A stretch of DNA of 64,000 nucleotides from Magnetococcales bacterium (GCA_015228815.1 JADGCV010000006.1:1723-65722); one strand, 5' to 3'. Shown: positions 45,501 to 55,339, counted from the first letter of the stretch. Numbers and translations: made by a program. The notes: generated by a model not told the origin, from the sequence alone.

Positions 45501-48500
45501 GACCCGCACAACCAAACCTTCCCGGGGCTTGCCGGAGGGATCAAGCGTCGCCACCTGGAGGCGAATTTCTTCCGTTTTCCCGATCCAGCCAACCGATTTG
45601 ATGCCGACGACCACCGGTGAAGGCCACAGATTCATCCGCGCCGAGGAAACCAGGATTTCGCCATTGGGGTCGCGGTATTCCATCTCCGCCAGGAGACTTT
45701 TGGGCGCCGCGATTTTTTTCCATCCTTCCAGGGACACCCTTCCGCCACCCGCGGCATCGAGTTGAGTCGAAATGACCGGCAACGAACGGGTCTGGTCCCC
45801 TTCCACCAGGTCGGCGGTCTCTTCGGCGGCAGACGCCTCTCCATCACCCGTCCGTCCCGGTTCGACTGCCCCATTGGCCCACGTAAATTCCTCATATCCC
45901 GGAAAAGTCACCTCCCTTGGGGAAATCATCCCGCGAATCCGGATGGGGGCATGCCCTGCCGCCCCTCCGGCCAAATAATTCACCTGGACATCCAATTCCG
46001 ACCGGAGCGGATCGACCAGATCGACGGCGACCGGCTTGACGACACCCCGCATCAGAGGTACACGAAAGGCTTCGACACGGAAACTGCCACTCGAAACACC
46101 ATCCATCATGATTTCATAGGTCCCCAACCGCGCCTCCTTCGGAATCTCGAACCGGGATTCGGCCACGCCTGTCGCATCCCAGGAAAGGGTCAAGGGGTAT
46201 TCGACCGTCCCACCCGCATGACGCAGCGTTCCCTTGGTGGGAAGGGAATTCCTGTCCTGAAAAGCGAAGCCCGAGCGCTCATGCCGCCGGAACAGATGTT
46301 TCATGTGGACCGTTTCCCCGGCGCGAAACAGGCTGCGATCAAGAATCGTGTACACGCGATGCGGTTTGGCGGTCATCGGCCCCGGCAGATCGAATTGCCA
46401 ACTTTGGATGCCCTTGTTCCAGTCCGACATGACGAATGTGACATCCTCGCCAAGGCGGGAGGTCACCAGATAAGCCCGCGATCCACCGGAACATTCGGCA
46501 ATCGTGTCGGGCTGGGGCAATTCCTTCTGAATGAAAAACCGCCCCTCCCCGTCACTTGTTCCCTGGGCGTACACCTTGCCGGAACAATCGGAAACCGTCA
46601 CCTCGGCCCCGGCGACGGGACGACCGCTGTCAAGCGCCGTCACCCACACCAGGGAGGATTCCCTGCCGTGGAAAAAATGTCCCGCCAGATTGGTGACCAG
46701 GGCGGCTGCCTGGACATAATAGGGTCTGGGTTGACCATGCAGTGCCGCTCCCAGACGATGGCTCGCCAGTTCCACCACATAAAATCCCGGCCCGGGCAGG
46801 GGAATGCCCATGACTTCGAATTCCTTGGCGCCATTGGGTTTGGGAAGGACAAACGTGGACAGGGAAGGAATTTGTTTCTCTGAAAAAACCGACTCATCGC
46901 CAAACTTTCGATCGATGCGGCGGATCCAGGCAGGAAAATCGACTGGATTGGTCACCTTGAAGATGCGACCACGGATTTCGGCGGTCTCCGTGCCCCCCTC
47001 GGAGACGGCAACGGGATGGCCGGGATCCGCGGCGACGATCGATTCCAAATGGCGCACCGTCACGGGAAGCGCCGGTTCCGAAGCGGCCTCGATGATGCCG
47101 AATTGCGCGGGAAACTTGGCCAATGGGGGCATTTCATCGATGACAATTTTCATTGGGAACGAACTCATATTTTCAAGCTCGCGTCCTGAATCATCCTTGA
47201 AGCCGGTCGGCAGTTCCAAAAGCAATTCCTGCTTTTCCGGAAACGGCGGGGGAAAATAAACCCTCGTGACCAACTGGGCGCCGGAATCATCATCCACGAC
47301 AACGGGATGCCGTGCGACATCCGGCCCCTTGAGGATCATTTGTTCCGCCACTGCCCGCAACACCGGGGCATTGAAATTCACTTCCAGGGAGACAAGTGGC
47401 AGACAATTGGCATCCTTGTTGACCCTGCCACAGGTCAATTCGGCCAGGAACGGCTCCCGAACTTTGAACCGTTGCACCTGATCCTTCACCCTGGCCACCC
47501 CGGATCGCGAACGGACACCCGCGCTCCATATCAGTGAAACATCACTTCCCGGAGGTAATCGACGCTTGCATTGGACCCCTGCGATCGGGGCGCCGGGGGT
47601 TTTCAGAAACTGACGCATCCGATGAGAATCGTTCCCCACCTCGGTCGCTCCCGGAGTGGTGGCCTGATTCTGGTCCAAAGCCGCGATCCCCCGGCTCAAG
47701 AAAAACTGGACCAGTTCATCGGAGGCCTGGATCAGGGGCGCCACTTCCTCGGTGGACAGAACACGAACCTCGATTTTCTCGGCGATGCCGCCTGCCTGAC
47801 AATGAACCAACGCTTCGATCGATGCCGGATCGGCAGGGGCATCCAACCCGAGGAGAAACACCTGATCTTCCTCGATCATGCGCCACGGCTGCGAAAAAAT
47901 GATTTCCGGTCCACCTGTCGAAAATGAGAAATTTCTTTCCCCAGAGAGTGAAAGACCATCGAGCGACTTCACCGAATCCTTCAACTGGAATGAACATTGA
48001 AGACCGGCGGACAGGTCCTGCTCGAAGTCGTAGACCCAGTTGCGCCCATCGACCCAGCGTCCCTTGCCCTTCGCGGGACACTGGACAATGAACGGATCCT
48101 CAAGGCGCGGGTCGCCCAGGGGAACCATGGGATGGGTGAACCGAACCGTCACCTGCCGCACCTGTTTGGTCTCTCCCCGCGGTTTGGCCCATTCGATTCG
48201 CGGAGTGGCCTCGGGTTTGGCGGGCGCGGCAGGTGCGGCAACGCCAATGTTCAATACGCCGATCCGTCCCTGGTACATTTCTTCAAGACATCGAACCGCT
48301 CCCTTGGCATCGTCGAGCGCCGCCCCCTGCCTGTCGGGGATACCACAGCGCTCCAGGCGATCGGCCAACCATTGCCGCTGTTCCTGTCGCAGTTTTTCCT
48401 CCTGATCCGCCCCCGCCTCCTTTTTTTTCCTGGAATAGGCGCGGCCCATCGCCCCGTCGAGTCGGGAAAGATTTTCATCCCCACAGATCAGCACCTCCAC

Positions 48501-48602
48501 CGGCAACCTGGCCTTGGCACAGTCGAACGACGGTGAGACCGCCATCACCGGAATGGACCATCCCATCCCGAACAGAAGCAACATCCATTGCATCAATTTC
48601 AT
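42582..48602 (-). CDS. Bacterial alpha-2-macroglobulin family protein with N-terminal LprI/DUF1311-like Cys-containing module
   Basis: About 2006 aa. Signal peptide MKLMQWMLLLFGMGWSIPVMA (ATG confirmed at 48602). The N-terminal FDCAKARLPVEVLICGDENLSRLDGAMGRAY...QRQWLADRLERCG pattern is present. A thioester-type motif sits in MRDYPYTCMEQRVS. The length and beta-rich repeat organisation are typical of YfhM-like A2M proteins. Confidence 0.85.
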   Translation of the reverse strand: MKLMQWMLLLFGMGWSIPVMAVSPSFDCAKARLPVEVLICGDENLSRLDGAMGRAYSRKKKEAGADQEEKLRQEQRQWLADRLERCGIPDRQGAALDDAKGAVRCLEEMYQGRIGVLNIGVAAPAAPAKPEATPRIEWAKPRGETKQVRQVTVRFTHPMVPLGDPRLEDPFIVQCPAKGKGRWVDGRNWVYDFEQDLSAGLQCSFQLKDSVKSLDGLSLSGERNFSFSTGGPEIIFSQPWRMIEEDQVFLLGLDAPADPASIEALVHCQAGGIAEKIEVRVLSTEEVAPLIQASDELVQFFLSRGIAALDQNQATTPGATEVGNDSHRMRQFLKTPGAPIAGVQCKRRLPPGSDVSLIWSAGVRSRSGVARVKDQVQRFKVREPFLAELTCGRVNKDANCLPLVSLEVNFNAPVLRAVAEQMILKGPDVARHPVVVDDDSGAQLVTRVYFPPPFPEKQELLLELPTGFKDDSGRELENMSSFPMKIVIDEMPPLAKFPAQFGIIEAASEPALPVTVRHLESIVAADPGHPVAVSEGGTETAEIRGRIFKVTNPVDFPAWIRRIDRKFGDESVFSEKQIPSLSTFVLPKPNGAKEFEVMGIPLPGPGFYVVELASHRLGAALHGQPRPYYVQAAALVTNLAGHFFHGRESSLVWVTALDSGRPVAGAEVTVSDCSGKVYAQGTSDGEGRFFIQKELPQPDTIAECSGGSRAYLVTSRLGEDVTFVMSDWNKGIQSWQFDLPGPMTAKPHRVYTILDRSLFRAGETVHMKHLFRRHERSGFAFQDRNSLPTKGTLRHAGGTVEYPLTLSWDATGVAESRFEIPKEARLGTYEIMMDGVSSGSFRVEAFRVPLMRGVVKPVAVDLVDPLRSELDVQVNYLAGGAAGHAPIRIRGMISPREVTFPGYEEFTWANGAVEPGRTGDGEASAAEETADLVEGDQTRSLPVISTQLDAAGGGRVSLEGWKKIAAPKSLLAEMEYRDPNGEILVSSARMNLWPSPVVVGIKSVGWIGKTEEIRLQVATLDPSGKPREGLVVRVDLLQRKTFSHRKRLLGGFYSYDHHEEVTPIKEFCSGKSDALGRLFCEGVPPGSGNLILQARVVDEAGHVGEVHDDLWVHDDSDETWFHTRDGDRMDLVPEKRRYEPGEEALLQARLPFQEATALVVVAREGVMDTYVQPLSRRSPRVSLPILGHYGPNVFVAVMAVRGRSGESQPTALVDLGRPSLRLGMTQLEVGYRDYELKVGVGADRTVYKTRESAEVTVVVHRASGKPLPPGGEIALAAVDEGLLELLPNGSWQLLEHMMAPRGMEVEAATGMGHVVGRRHFGKKALPHGGGGGRGLSRELFDTLLFWQGRIQLDADGRARAKIPLNDSITSFRIVAVATAGADLFGTGETSIRVSRDVVLFSGLPPLVRAGDRFQGGFTIRNAGEKPVQGKIAASTTAEGRVETLPPQEVALAPGEAREVFWDVKVPDVASLSWEVVADMGGVGDRLKVQQEVIPAVAVRVLQTTLSQLENEATMAWAKPEGALPGRGGVGVSLTASLASGLTGVISYMRDYPYTCMEQRVSRAIALEDLELWGKAMAALPSHLDSEGLVKFFPQMSWGSESLTSYLLAVADEARWTIPDATLAAMKKGLLGFVEGRIRRDSGYRVADSTLRRVAAMAALSRYGALTANHAGAVTVDPAHWPTSTVLDWIDLLNREPWPDREASRREALDVLRTRMNFSGGSMRFSTENGDYLWWLMVSPDVNANRAVLTVLADAGWKEDVGRMMRGSLSRQRRGHWNTSVANAWGTLAVRRFSEVFEKEKVSGTSTSSFASDGKTIDWSVQPQGGTVQHPWSEGPASLVVHHEGKGKPWLMVESRAAVMLTEPLLSGYQVKRTVTALERQKEGEWHRGDLYRVRLELDAQADMSWVVVMDPVPAGSVVLGSGLGKDSRMMTAGEQSRGWVWPAMTERTFDSYRVYYEWVPKGGWQVEYTVRLNTAGTFQLPPTRVEAMYSPEIFSEVPNDTMTVLP

Positions 48603-48878
48603 GGACTCTCGACTCCGGTCGATGAACGTTGGCCAGCCCTTCTCTCCGATGACCCGATGGCAATGATGATCCTTCGACATGACCGTGACAAGGAAGTCCC
48701 GTCATCAATAAAATAACACTTGAATAAATGTTCCTATTTTCATGCCTCAATGTCCCTTTTTTTTCAGGAGACGAATATCTTTCCGCTTGAAGTTTGGCTC
48801 GCTTTTCTATTATTTTCATGAACCGTTTCCATAGATCAGGAATATCCCGGTCGGGATCACCGTCCTTGGAGATCGGGG

Positions 48879-51800
48879 ATGCCGGGCTGGAAAAACACCT
48901 GTTTCCTTTTGTGCGACACGTTTGATCTCGGGAGAACGAGCGTGGGGCTGGATGATCGATACGAAATCCGCGACTGCCTGCATGAGAGTCAGAAGTCGCG
49001 CATCTTTCGGGCGATCGAACCCGGCATGGCCGGGCGCCCGGTCATTCTGAAGATCATCAACGGACACTATCCATCGAAAAAAGAACTGGCCCGATTTCGG
49101 TTGGAATACGAGACGACCCGATCATTGGATCTTTCTGGCGTCATCAAGGTGTACCGGTTTGAACGCGAGGGAAACCTGCCGGTCATCGTCATGGAGGATT
49201 TTGGTGGAAGTTCACTGGACCGTCATCTGAAAGCGGGTCCCCTGGAACTTGGACACTTCCTCGATCTTGCCCTGAAGGTGGGCGCCACCCTCGGCGACAT
49301 CCACAAACGCAAGGTGATCCACAAGGATATCAATCCCGCAAACATTGTCTGGAACCGGGAAAACGGCCTCATCCGCATCATCGATTTTGGCATCGCCACC
49401 CCCCTGGAGCACGAATCGACCGAACCCCTGCCTCCCGACCGGCTCGAAGGGACGCTCCCCTATCTGTCGCCCGAACAAACGGGCCGCACCAACCGTTCGG
49501 TCGATTATCGCAGCGATTGGTATGCCCTGGGGGCGACCTTTTTCGAACTTCTGGCCGGACACCCGCCGTTCACCGCCACCGATCCCCTGGAACTGGTCCA
49601 TTGTCATGTTGCCCGGAATCCGCCCAGTCTGGAAACCTTGGCGATTCCAGGCCGCGAAGCCCCGGCCATTCCCTCCATGATATCGCGGATCATCCTGAAA
49701 CTACTGGCCAAGGACCCCGAAGACAGATACCAGTCCGCGGCGGGTCTCATGGCCGATCTTGAGCGATGCCGCGGGCAATGGGAACAGACGGGCCGGATCG
49801 AACCCTTTGCCCTGGGAACGGCGGAAGTCCGGGATCGTTTCGCCATTCCGCAACACCTCTATGGCCGGGAAGAGGAGGTATCGCGGCTTCGGTTGTCCTT
49901 CGATGCGGTGTGCGCGGGAACGACGCGCCTGCTTCTGGTGGCTGGATATTCTGGAATCGGAAAATCGGCACTGGTCAAGGAACTGCATGGGCCGGTCACC
50001 AAACAACAGGGACTCTACGTCGCGGGTAAATTCGACCAGTACCAGCGCGATGTCCCCTTCTCCGCCATCATCAAGGCCCTGGGCCAGCTGATCCGGTGGA
50101 TCCTGACCGAACCGGAGGAACGGATCGCCCTCTGGCGCCAACGGATTCTCGACGTGCTCCACGACAATGGCCAGGTGATCACCGCCGTCGTCCCCGAACT
50201 GGAATGGTTGCTCGGTCCCCAACCAACCCCGCCAAGACTCAACCCCCAGGAAGAGGAGAACCGTTTTTTCCATCTGGTGCAAAATTTCCTGTCGGTCCTG
50301 GCAGGGAGCCAACATCCCCTGGTCCTTTTCCTCGATGACATGCAATGGGCCGATATCGCCTCCTTCAGACTCATTCGACACATCCTGCGGGATGAAAAAG
50401 TCAAACACCTGTTGATGATCTGGGCCTACCGCGACAATGAAATCACCTCGGGACACCCCCTGCCGACCGAACTGGAGGCATTGGCGAAGGATGGAGTGGC
50501 GCTCGAACGTCTGACCCTCCGGCCCCTCGACCAAACTCATCTGATCCGGCTGGTTGCCGACACCCTGAACGCCGATCCCCGCAAAATCAATCCCCTGGCC
50601 GTGGTCTGTCACGAGAAAAGCGGTGGCAATCCCTTTTTCCTGCGTCAATTCCTGACCATCCTGCATCAACGGCAATTGATCCGGTTTCAGGAAACGGGTT
50701 GGCACTGGAACATCGAAGACATCCAAAACCTGGCCCTGACCGAAAACGTCGTCGATCTGATCCGCGGACGTCTGGAACGATTCGACCTGGAAACCCGCCG
50801 CATCCTGGGTCTGGCTTCCTGCATCGGCTCGGTCTTCGACCTGGACACCCTTTCGGCCATCGCCGGCACCGATTTTCAACGAACGATGACCGCCTTGTGG
50901 CCCGCCCTCGAAGGGGAAGTGATCGTGGCGGCGACCCGGGATTACCTCCTGGCCAGGTACCTGGAACAGGGCGAAATACACTTTCGCTTCAATCATGATC
51001 GTTTGCAGGAGGCCGTCCATGAAGCGATGGACGAAACCCTGCGCCAACACGCCCATCTGGCGGTGGGACGAACCTTGTGGGCCGATTGGTCGCCTCCGGG
51101 AACACAGGATGATGCGGTGTTCGACATCGTCACCCATTTGAATCAGGCCATCGCGCTGATCGAAAATCAAGAGGAACGCAACGATCTTGCCCGAATGAAC
51201 CTTCTGGCCGGTCAACGTGCCGCTTCCTCCGCCGCTTTTCATTCTTCTTTTGGATTTCTGAAGACCGGTGTAACCCTGTTGGGACCGTCGGGATGGAATA
51301 CAAACCGTGATCTTGTCTGGAACCTGCATTACGAGATGGTCCGTACCGCAGCCATGATGCCCGATTACGAAGCCATGGAGTTTTACTCAAACCATGCCCT
51401 GGCGCATGCCGGCCACGACATCGAACGAGGAGAAATACTGGAAATAAAAGTTCAATCCTATCAGGGACAGAATCGATTGCGGGAAAGCCTGTCCCTGGGG
51501 CTCGAATTGCTCGATTCCCTGGGGTTTTCCTTTCCTCGGGAACCCGATGCCCGACAGCTCGGACAAAGCCTTGAAGAAGGAATGTCGCTGACGAGCGACA
51601 GAACGATGGCACAATTGATCGATTTGCCCGAGATGACCGATCCACGATTACGACTGGCTTTGCGGATTGTGGCTTTTCTGGTGCCGGTCGTGGTCTTGAC
51701 GCGCCCGACATTGCTGCCGTTCATGATTGTTCGAACCATGAAGGAGACGTTCCGTTCGGGTCTGGCCCCGCCCTCGCCCGTGTTGTGTGCCGGGCAGGCC

Positions 51801-54128
51801 GTCCTCCTGTGCGGATTCATGGACCAGTACGATCTGGCCTACCGGATGGCCAAAACCGCGATCCTGCTCGCTGGCAGACCCGAATCACGACCCCATCGGG
51901 CCGAGGCCATGCAATATGCCAACCTTCTCATCCCCTGGAAGGAACACTTCAGAAACAGCCTGCCCATCTTCGACGAGGTGTTCGCCACGGCTTTGGAAAC
52001 AGGACAGAACAATGCGGCGGGATTCTCATGTGAAGGCTGGTCCTGTACCGCCATTTTCCTTGGGTTTCCTTTGGAAGAGGTCGAACGCAAAATCGCCGAT
52101 CGAATCGTCATCCTGCGCCGGATGGGACAATATCAATCTTTGGAGATGATGGGCAACCTCCATCAGATGGTCTTGAATCTTCTCGGTCGGTCGAAACAAC
52201 CCCACCAAATCGACGGTCCTGCCTGTAACGGTACGGCAGCCTTGTTACGTCAGAAGGAACTCGAAAATGGACAGGTCCTCTTCAATCTTCTGTTCAACCA
52301 ATTATATCTTTACTACTTTTTCCGCTTCCATGAAGAGGCCCTGGCGACATCATTGGAAGCAGCCCGCTATAAAGACAGCATGGCCGGCATCGCACTCTAC
52401 GGGGTCTATTGTTTCATCGATTCCCTGAACTGTCTGGCGTGTTCCGGAAACGCCCCATCCGACCATCGCCAGGAACTCCTCGACAAGGTGGCCGCCAATC
52501 AACGCCTGATGGACCATTGGGCCAACCACGCCCCCATGAACTTTCGCCACAAGTTTCACCTGGTGGAAGCGGAAACGTACCGTGTGCGGAACATTCCCCA
52601 GGCCGCCCTGGGACATTACGACCGGGCGATCGCGTTGGCGCGGGAGCATGGTTTTCCATCCGAGGAAGGGTTGGCCCTGGAGTTGGCGGGCCGGTTTTGT
52701 CATGAGCAGGGATGGCGTGTCCCGGCGGGACATTATCTTCGGGACGCAATCCATGCCTACCATCGCTGGGGGGCCGAGGCCAAGGTTACGGATGTCAAAA
52801 AATCTTTCCCCGGTTATCTTTTCCCCGCCGAACCGGCCATCTCTTCCGCCTTTACCTCGATTTTGACCAAACAAAGCACGATCGAGGATTCGACCGCGGT
52901 GTTGGACCTGGGAAGCATCATACGCGCCTCCCAGATCATCTTTCGCGGGTCGGACATGCCGGGACTCCTGGCGGACCTGATGCGCCTGGCCCTGGAAAAC
53001 GGTGGCGCCGAACGGGGCTGCCTGATCCTGAGAGAGGATGGATGCGCAACACTCGAGGTCGAGGCCTGGGTGGAACCCGAGCGTATCGAATTATGGAACG
53101 CCTCCCCTCTGGGCGATGGCGCCGACAAGGAACCTCGTGTCCCCCTGGAAATCATCAATCTGACCCTGCATACACCCGAGTCGCTCCTGTTGGACGATGC
53201 CCTCGGGGATGACCGGTTTTCCCGGACCTTCTATGTCCAACGGCGGAAACCCCGGTCGATCCTGTGCGTGCCTCTGGTCCATTCGGGACAGGTTTTGGGG
53301 GTGATCTATCTGGAAAACAATCTGATTCAGGGGGCGTTCCCGCCGCAACGCAGTGAAATGATGCGCCTCCTCGGCACCCTGGCCGCCATTTCCATCGCCT
53401 CGGTCCGCCATACGACCCGATTGGTGGCGGCACGGGAATCCCTGGCCCGTTCCAACCTGAGAATCAGAGAACTGGCCGCCCACCAGGAGGATGTCCGGGA
53501 AAACGAGCAGCGACGGATCGCCGGTGAAATTCATGATGAACTGGGCAGCGCCCTGACCCGTCTTGGCATGGACATCACCTGGTTGATCGGTCATCCCCCG
53601 AAAGGCCCGGATGAACTGGCACGACAACTGGATGGACTCAAGGATTTGACCGGTTCGATCCACACCACGGTTCGCCGTATCTCCCATGCCATGAGGCCGG
53701 CGGTTCTGGATCAGTTCGGGTTGTTGCCCGCCCTCGAATGGCTGGCGACCGGGACAGGAAACAGGGATGATTTCAAAATCCATATCCGCGAGGATTCCCA
53801 GGAAGTCCTCCTGGATGACGCACGCCGCACTGCCCTGTTTCGCATCGCCCAGGAGGCGATCACCAACGCCATCCGTCATTCCGCGGCGCAACATCTGACC
53901 ATCGCCCTCAACCTTGCCGCCACCGCGGTCGTCATGACCCTTGAGGATGATGGCCACGGCATCCCCCCCGACCGACTGGCCGATGGGGGGGGATTCGGTC
54001 TTCGCGGCATGAAGGAACGGGCGCGGCGTTTTGACGGACGGGTCGAAATCGAGGCCATCCCTTCGGGAGGGACCCGAGTTCGGGCCACACTACCCCGACT
54101 CCCTTCGGACCTGGTGGAGGAACAATGA
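48879..54128 (+). CDS. Multidomain sensor: Ser/Thr protein kinase - AAA/STAND-like P-loop - TPR-like helical array - GAF - HisKA_3/HATPase_c histidine kinase (1749 aa)
   Basis: Kinase blocks VILKII, HKDINPANIVW, DFGIAT, LPYLSPEQ. P-loop LLVAGYSGIGKSALVKE. GAF-like block LVHSGQVLGVIYLENN. HisKA_3 block RRIAGEIHDELGSALTRL. HATPase block LEDDGHGIP...GGFGLRGMKERA. Confidence 0.85.
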   Translation: MPGWKNTCFLLCDTFDLGRTSVGLDDRYEIRDCLHESQKSRIFRAIEPGMAGRPVILKIINGHYPSKKELARFRLEYETTRSLDLSGVIKVYRFEREGNLPVIVMEDFGGSSLDRHLKAGPLELGHFLDLALKVGATLGDIHKRKVIHKDINPANIVWNRENGLIRIIDFGIATPLEHESTEPLPPDRLEGTLPYLSPEQTGRTNRSVDYRSDWYALGATFFELLAGHPPFTATDPLELVHCHVARNPPSLETLAIPGREAPAIPSMISRIILKLLAKDPEDRYQSAAGLMADLERCRGQWEQTGRIEPFALGTAEVRDRFAIPQHLYGREEEVSRLRLSFDAVCAGTTRLLLVAGYSGIGKSALVKELHGPVTKQQGLYVAGKFDQYQRDVPFSAIIKALGQLIRWILTEPEERIALWRQRILDVLHDNGQVITAVVPELEWLLGPQPTPPRLNPQEEENRFFHLVQNFLSVLAGSQHPLVLFLDDMQWADIASFRLIRHILRDEKVKHLLMIWAYRDNEITSGHPLPTELEALAKDGVALERLTLRPLDQTHLIRLVADTLNADPRKINPLAVVCHEKSGGNPFFLRQFLTILHQRQLIRFQETGWHWNIEDIQNLALTENVVDLIRGRLERFDLETRRILGLASCIGSVFDLDTLSAIAGTDFQRTMTALWPALEGEVIVAATRDYLLARYLEQGEIHFRFNHDRLQEAVHEAMDETLRQHAHLAVGRTLWADWSPPGTQDDAVFDIVTHLNQAIALIENQEERNDLARMNLLAGQRAASSAAFHSSFGFLKTGVTLLGPSGWNTNRDLVWNLHYEMVRTAAMMPDYEAMEFYSNHALAHAGHDIERGEILEIKVQSYQGQNRLRESLSLGLELLDSLGFSFPREPDARQLGQSLEEGMSLTSDRTMAQLIDLPEMTDPRLRLALRIVAFLVPVVVLTRPTLLPFMIVRTMKETFRSGLAPPSPVLCAGQAVLLCGFMDQYDLAYRMAKTAILLAGRPESRPHRAEAMQYANLLIPWKEHFRNSLPIFDEVFATALETGQNNAAGFSCEGWSCTAIFLGFPLEEVERKIADRIVILRRMGQYQSLEMMGNLHQMVLNLLGRSKQPHQIDGPACNGTAALLRQKELENGQVLFNLLFNQLYLYYFFRFHEEALATSLEAARYKDSMAGIALYGVYCFIDSLNCLACSGNAPSDHRQELLDKVAANQRLMDHWANHAPMNFRHKFHLVEAETYRVRNIPQAALGHYDRAIALAREHGFPSEEGLALELAGRFCHEQGWRVPAGHYLRDAIHAYHRWGAEAKVTDVKKSFPGYLFPAEPAISSAFTSILTKQSTIEDSTAVLDLGSIIRASQIIFRGSDMPGLLADLMRLALENGGAERGCLILREDGCATLEVEAWVEPERIELWNASPLGDGADKEPRVPLEIINLTLHTPESLLLDDALGDDRFSRTFYVQRRKPRSILCVPLVHSGQVLGVIYLENNLIQGAFPPQRSEMMRLLGTLAAISIASVRHTTRLVAARESLARSNLRIRELAAHQEDVRENEQRRIAGEIHDELGSALTRLGMDITWLIGHPPKGPDELARQLDGLKDLTGSIHTTVRRISHAMRPAVLDQFGLLPALEWLATGTGNRDDFKIHIREDSQEVLLDDARRTALFRIAQEAITNAIRHSAAQHLTIALNLAATAVVMTLEDDGHGIPPDRLADGGGFGLRGMKERARRFDGRVEIEAIPSGGTRVRATLPRLPSDLVEEQ

Positions 54129-54763
54129 TTCGCCTGTTCATTGTCGATGATCATGCCATCATGAGAGATGGTCTCAAACGCATCCTCTCCGAGGACCCCA
54201 ACATGATGGTCGTCGGCGAGGCGGACAACGGCGCGAATGCCTTGATCCTGCTCCGACAAACGGAATGGGATATCTTGTTGCTGGATGTTTCCATGCCGGG
54301 GATGAACGGGTTGGAGGTGTTGCGTGCCGTCCGGACGGAGCATCCCCAGGGAAAGGTCCTTATCCTGACGCAACACAGCGATCGTCTTCTGGCCAAACGT
54401 TATTTCAAGGCGGGGGCGTTGGGATTCATCACCAAGGTCAAGGCGGCGGAGGTCCTCCTCAGAGGAATCCGCAAGGTGGCCTGGGGCGGACGGTTTTTCA
54501 GTTCCGACATTGCCGAACAACTGGTCGGTGAAACGTTGAACGGCGCGCGTGAAATCCTGCCCCACGAAACCCTGACCGACCGTGAATATGGCATCATGTG
54601 CCGTCTGGTCTCGGGAATCCCCCTGAAGGTCATCGCCCATGATCTTTCCATCAGTATCAGCAGCGTCAGCACCTACCGCAATCGCATTCTGACCAAGATC
54701 CAGGTGGCCAACAATGCGGAACTCATCCAATATGCCATCGAAAACGGCTTGCTCAACAAATAG
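54125..54763 (+). CDS. NarL/FixJ-family response regulator (REC + LuxR-type HTH)
   Basis: MIRLFIVDDHAIMRDGL..DILLLDVSMPGMNG receiver domain. The C-terminal LTDREYGIMCRLVSGIPLKVIAHDLSISISSVSTYRNRIL is the HTH. The ATG overlaps the sensor's stop (ATGA at 54125-54128). Confidence 0.9.
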   Translation: MIRLFIVDDHAIMRDGLKRILSEDPNMMVVGEADNGANALILLRQTEWDILLLDVSMPGMNGLEVLRAVRTEHPQGKVLILTQHSDRLLAKRYFKAGALGFITKVKAAEVLLRGIRKVAWGGRFFSSDIAEQLVGETLNGAREILPHETLTDREYGIMCRLVSGIPLKVIAHDLSISISSVSTYRNRILTKIQVANNAELIQYAIENGLLNK

Positions 54764-54835
54764 TCGCCCCGACCCGTCTTCTGTTTTCAATCTCATCCGT
54801 TGGTCGCGTAGACCGGATGAAGAATGTGGTCGCGC

Positions 54836-55339
54836 TCATGGGCGCAGGCTGTTCCCGCTCCCCTCGGCAGGGCGCACCCGCAAAATTCCCGCATCCAGTG
54901 AAACGACCTCGACCATGGTTTCCCGTCGAATGGTTTCGACTCCCGATGCAGGGTCCAATACCACCGTCCAATCGACCCCGGAATAGCGTTCCATGGCGCT
55001 CTGTCCGACCGAAAGATCCTGTCGCAACAAAAAACGCAAGCCAACCAGGTCGCTGACGGGCGGAGGCGGAACGGATGGGCGTTTGACCCGGATCAATATC
55101 TTCCAGAACAACAGCGCCGCAATGATGGAAATGGTCGCAAAGGTGGCCATCGACGGCGTGGGCGCGCCATCGAGCAGACCGGTGAAAATCAACAGTCCCG
55201 TCCCGACCGCCCCAATCCCGGCAAACAAAAGCATTCCGGTGGCAAATCCAAAAACACCCGCCTCGATGCCCAAAAGGGTAAAACCAATCGTAAACCAAAT
55301 GGCCTCGCGGTGCAGATCGAAATAGGAAACCAGATCCAT
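54836..55339 (-). CDS. NfeD-family membrane protein
   Basis: The N-terminal half is hydrophobic with several TM segments. The C-terminal soluble beta-rich domain reads GQSAMERYSGVDWTVVL...MVEVVSLDAGILRV. It lies immediately downstream of an SPFH gene (2-nt gap), the classic pairing. Confidence 0.7.
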   Translation of the reverse strand: MDLVSYFDLHREAIWFTIGFTLLGIEAGVFGFATGMLLFAGIGAVGTGLLIFTGLLDGAPTPSMATFATISIIAALLFWKILIRVKRPSVPPPPVSDLVGLRFLLRQDLSVGQSAMERYSGVDWTVVLDPASGVETIRRETMVEVVSLDAGILRVRPAEGSGNSLRP

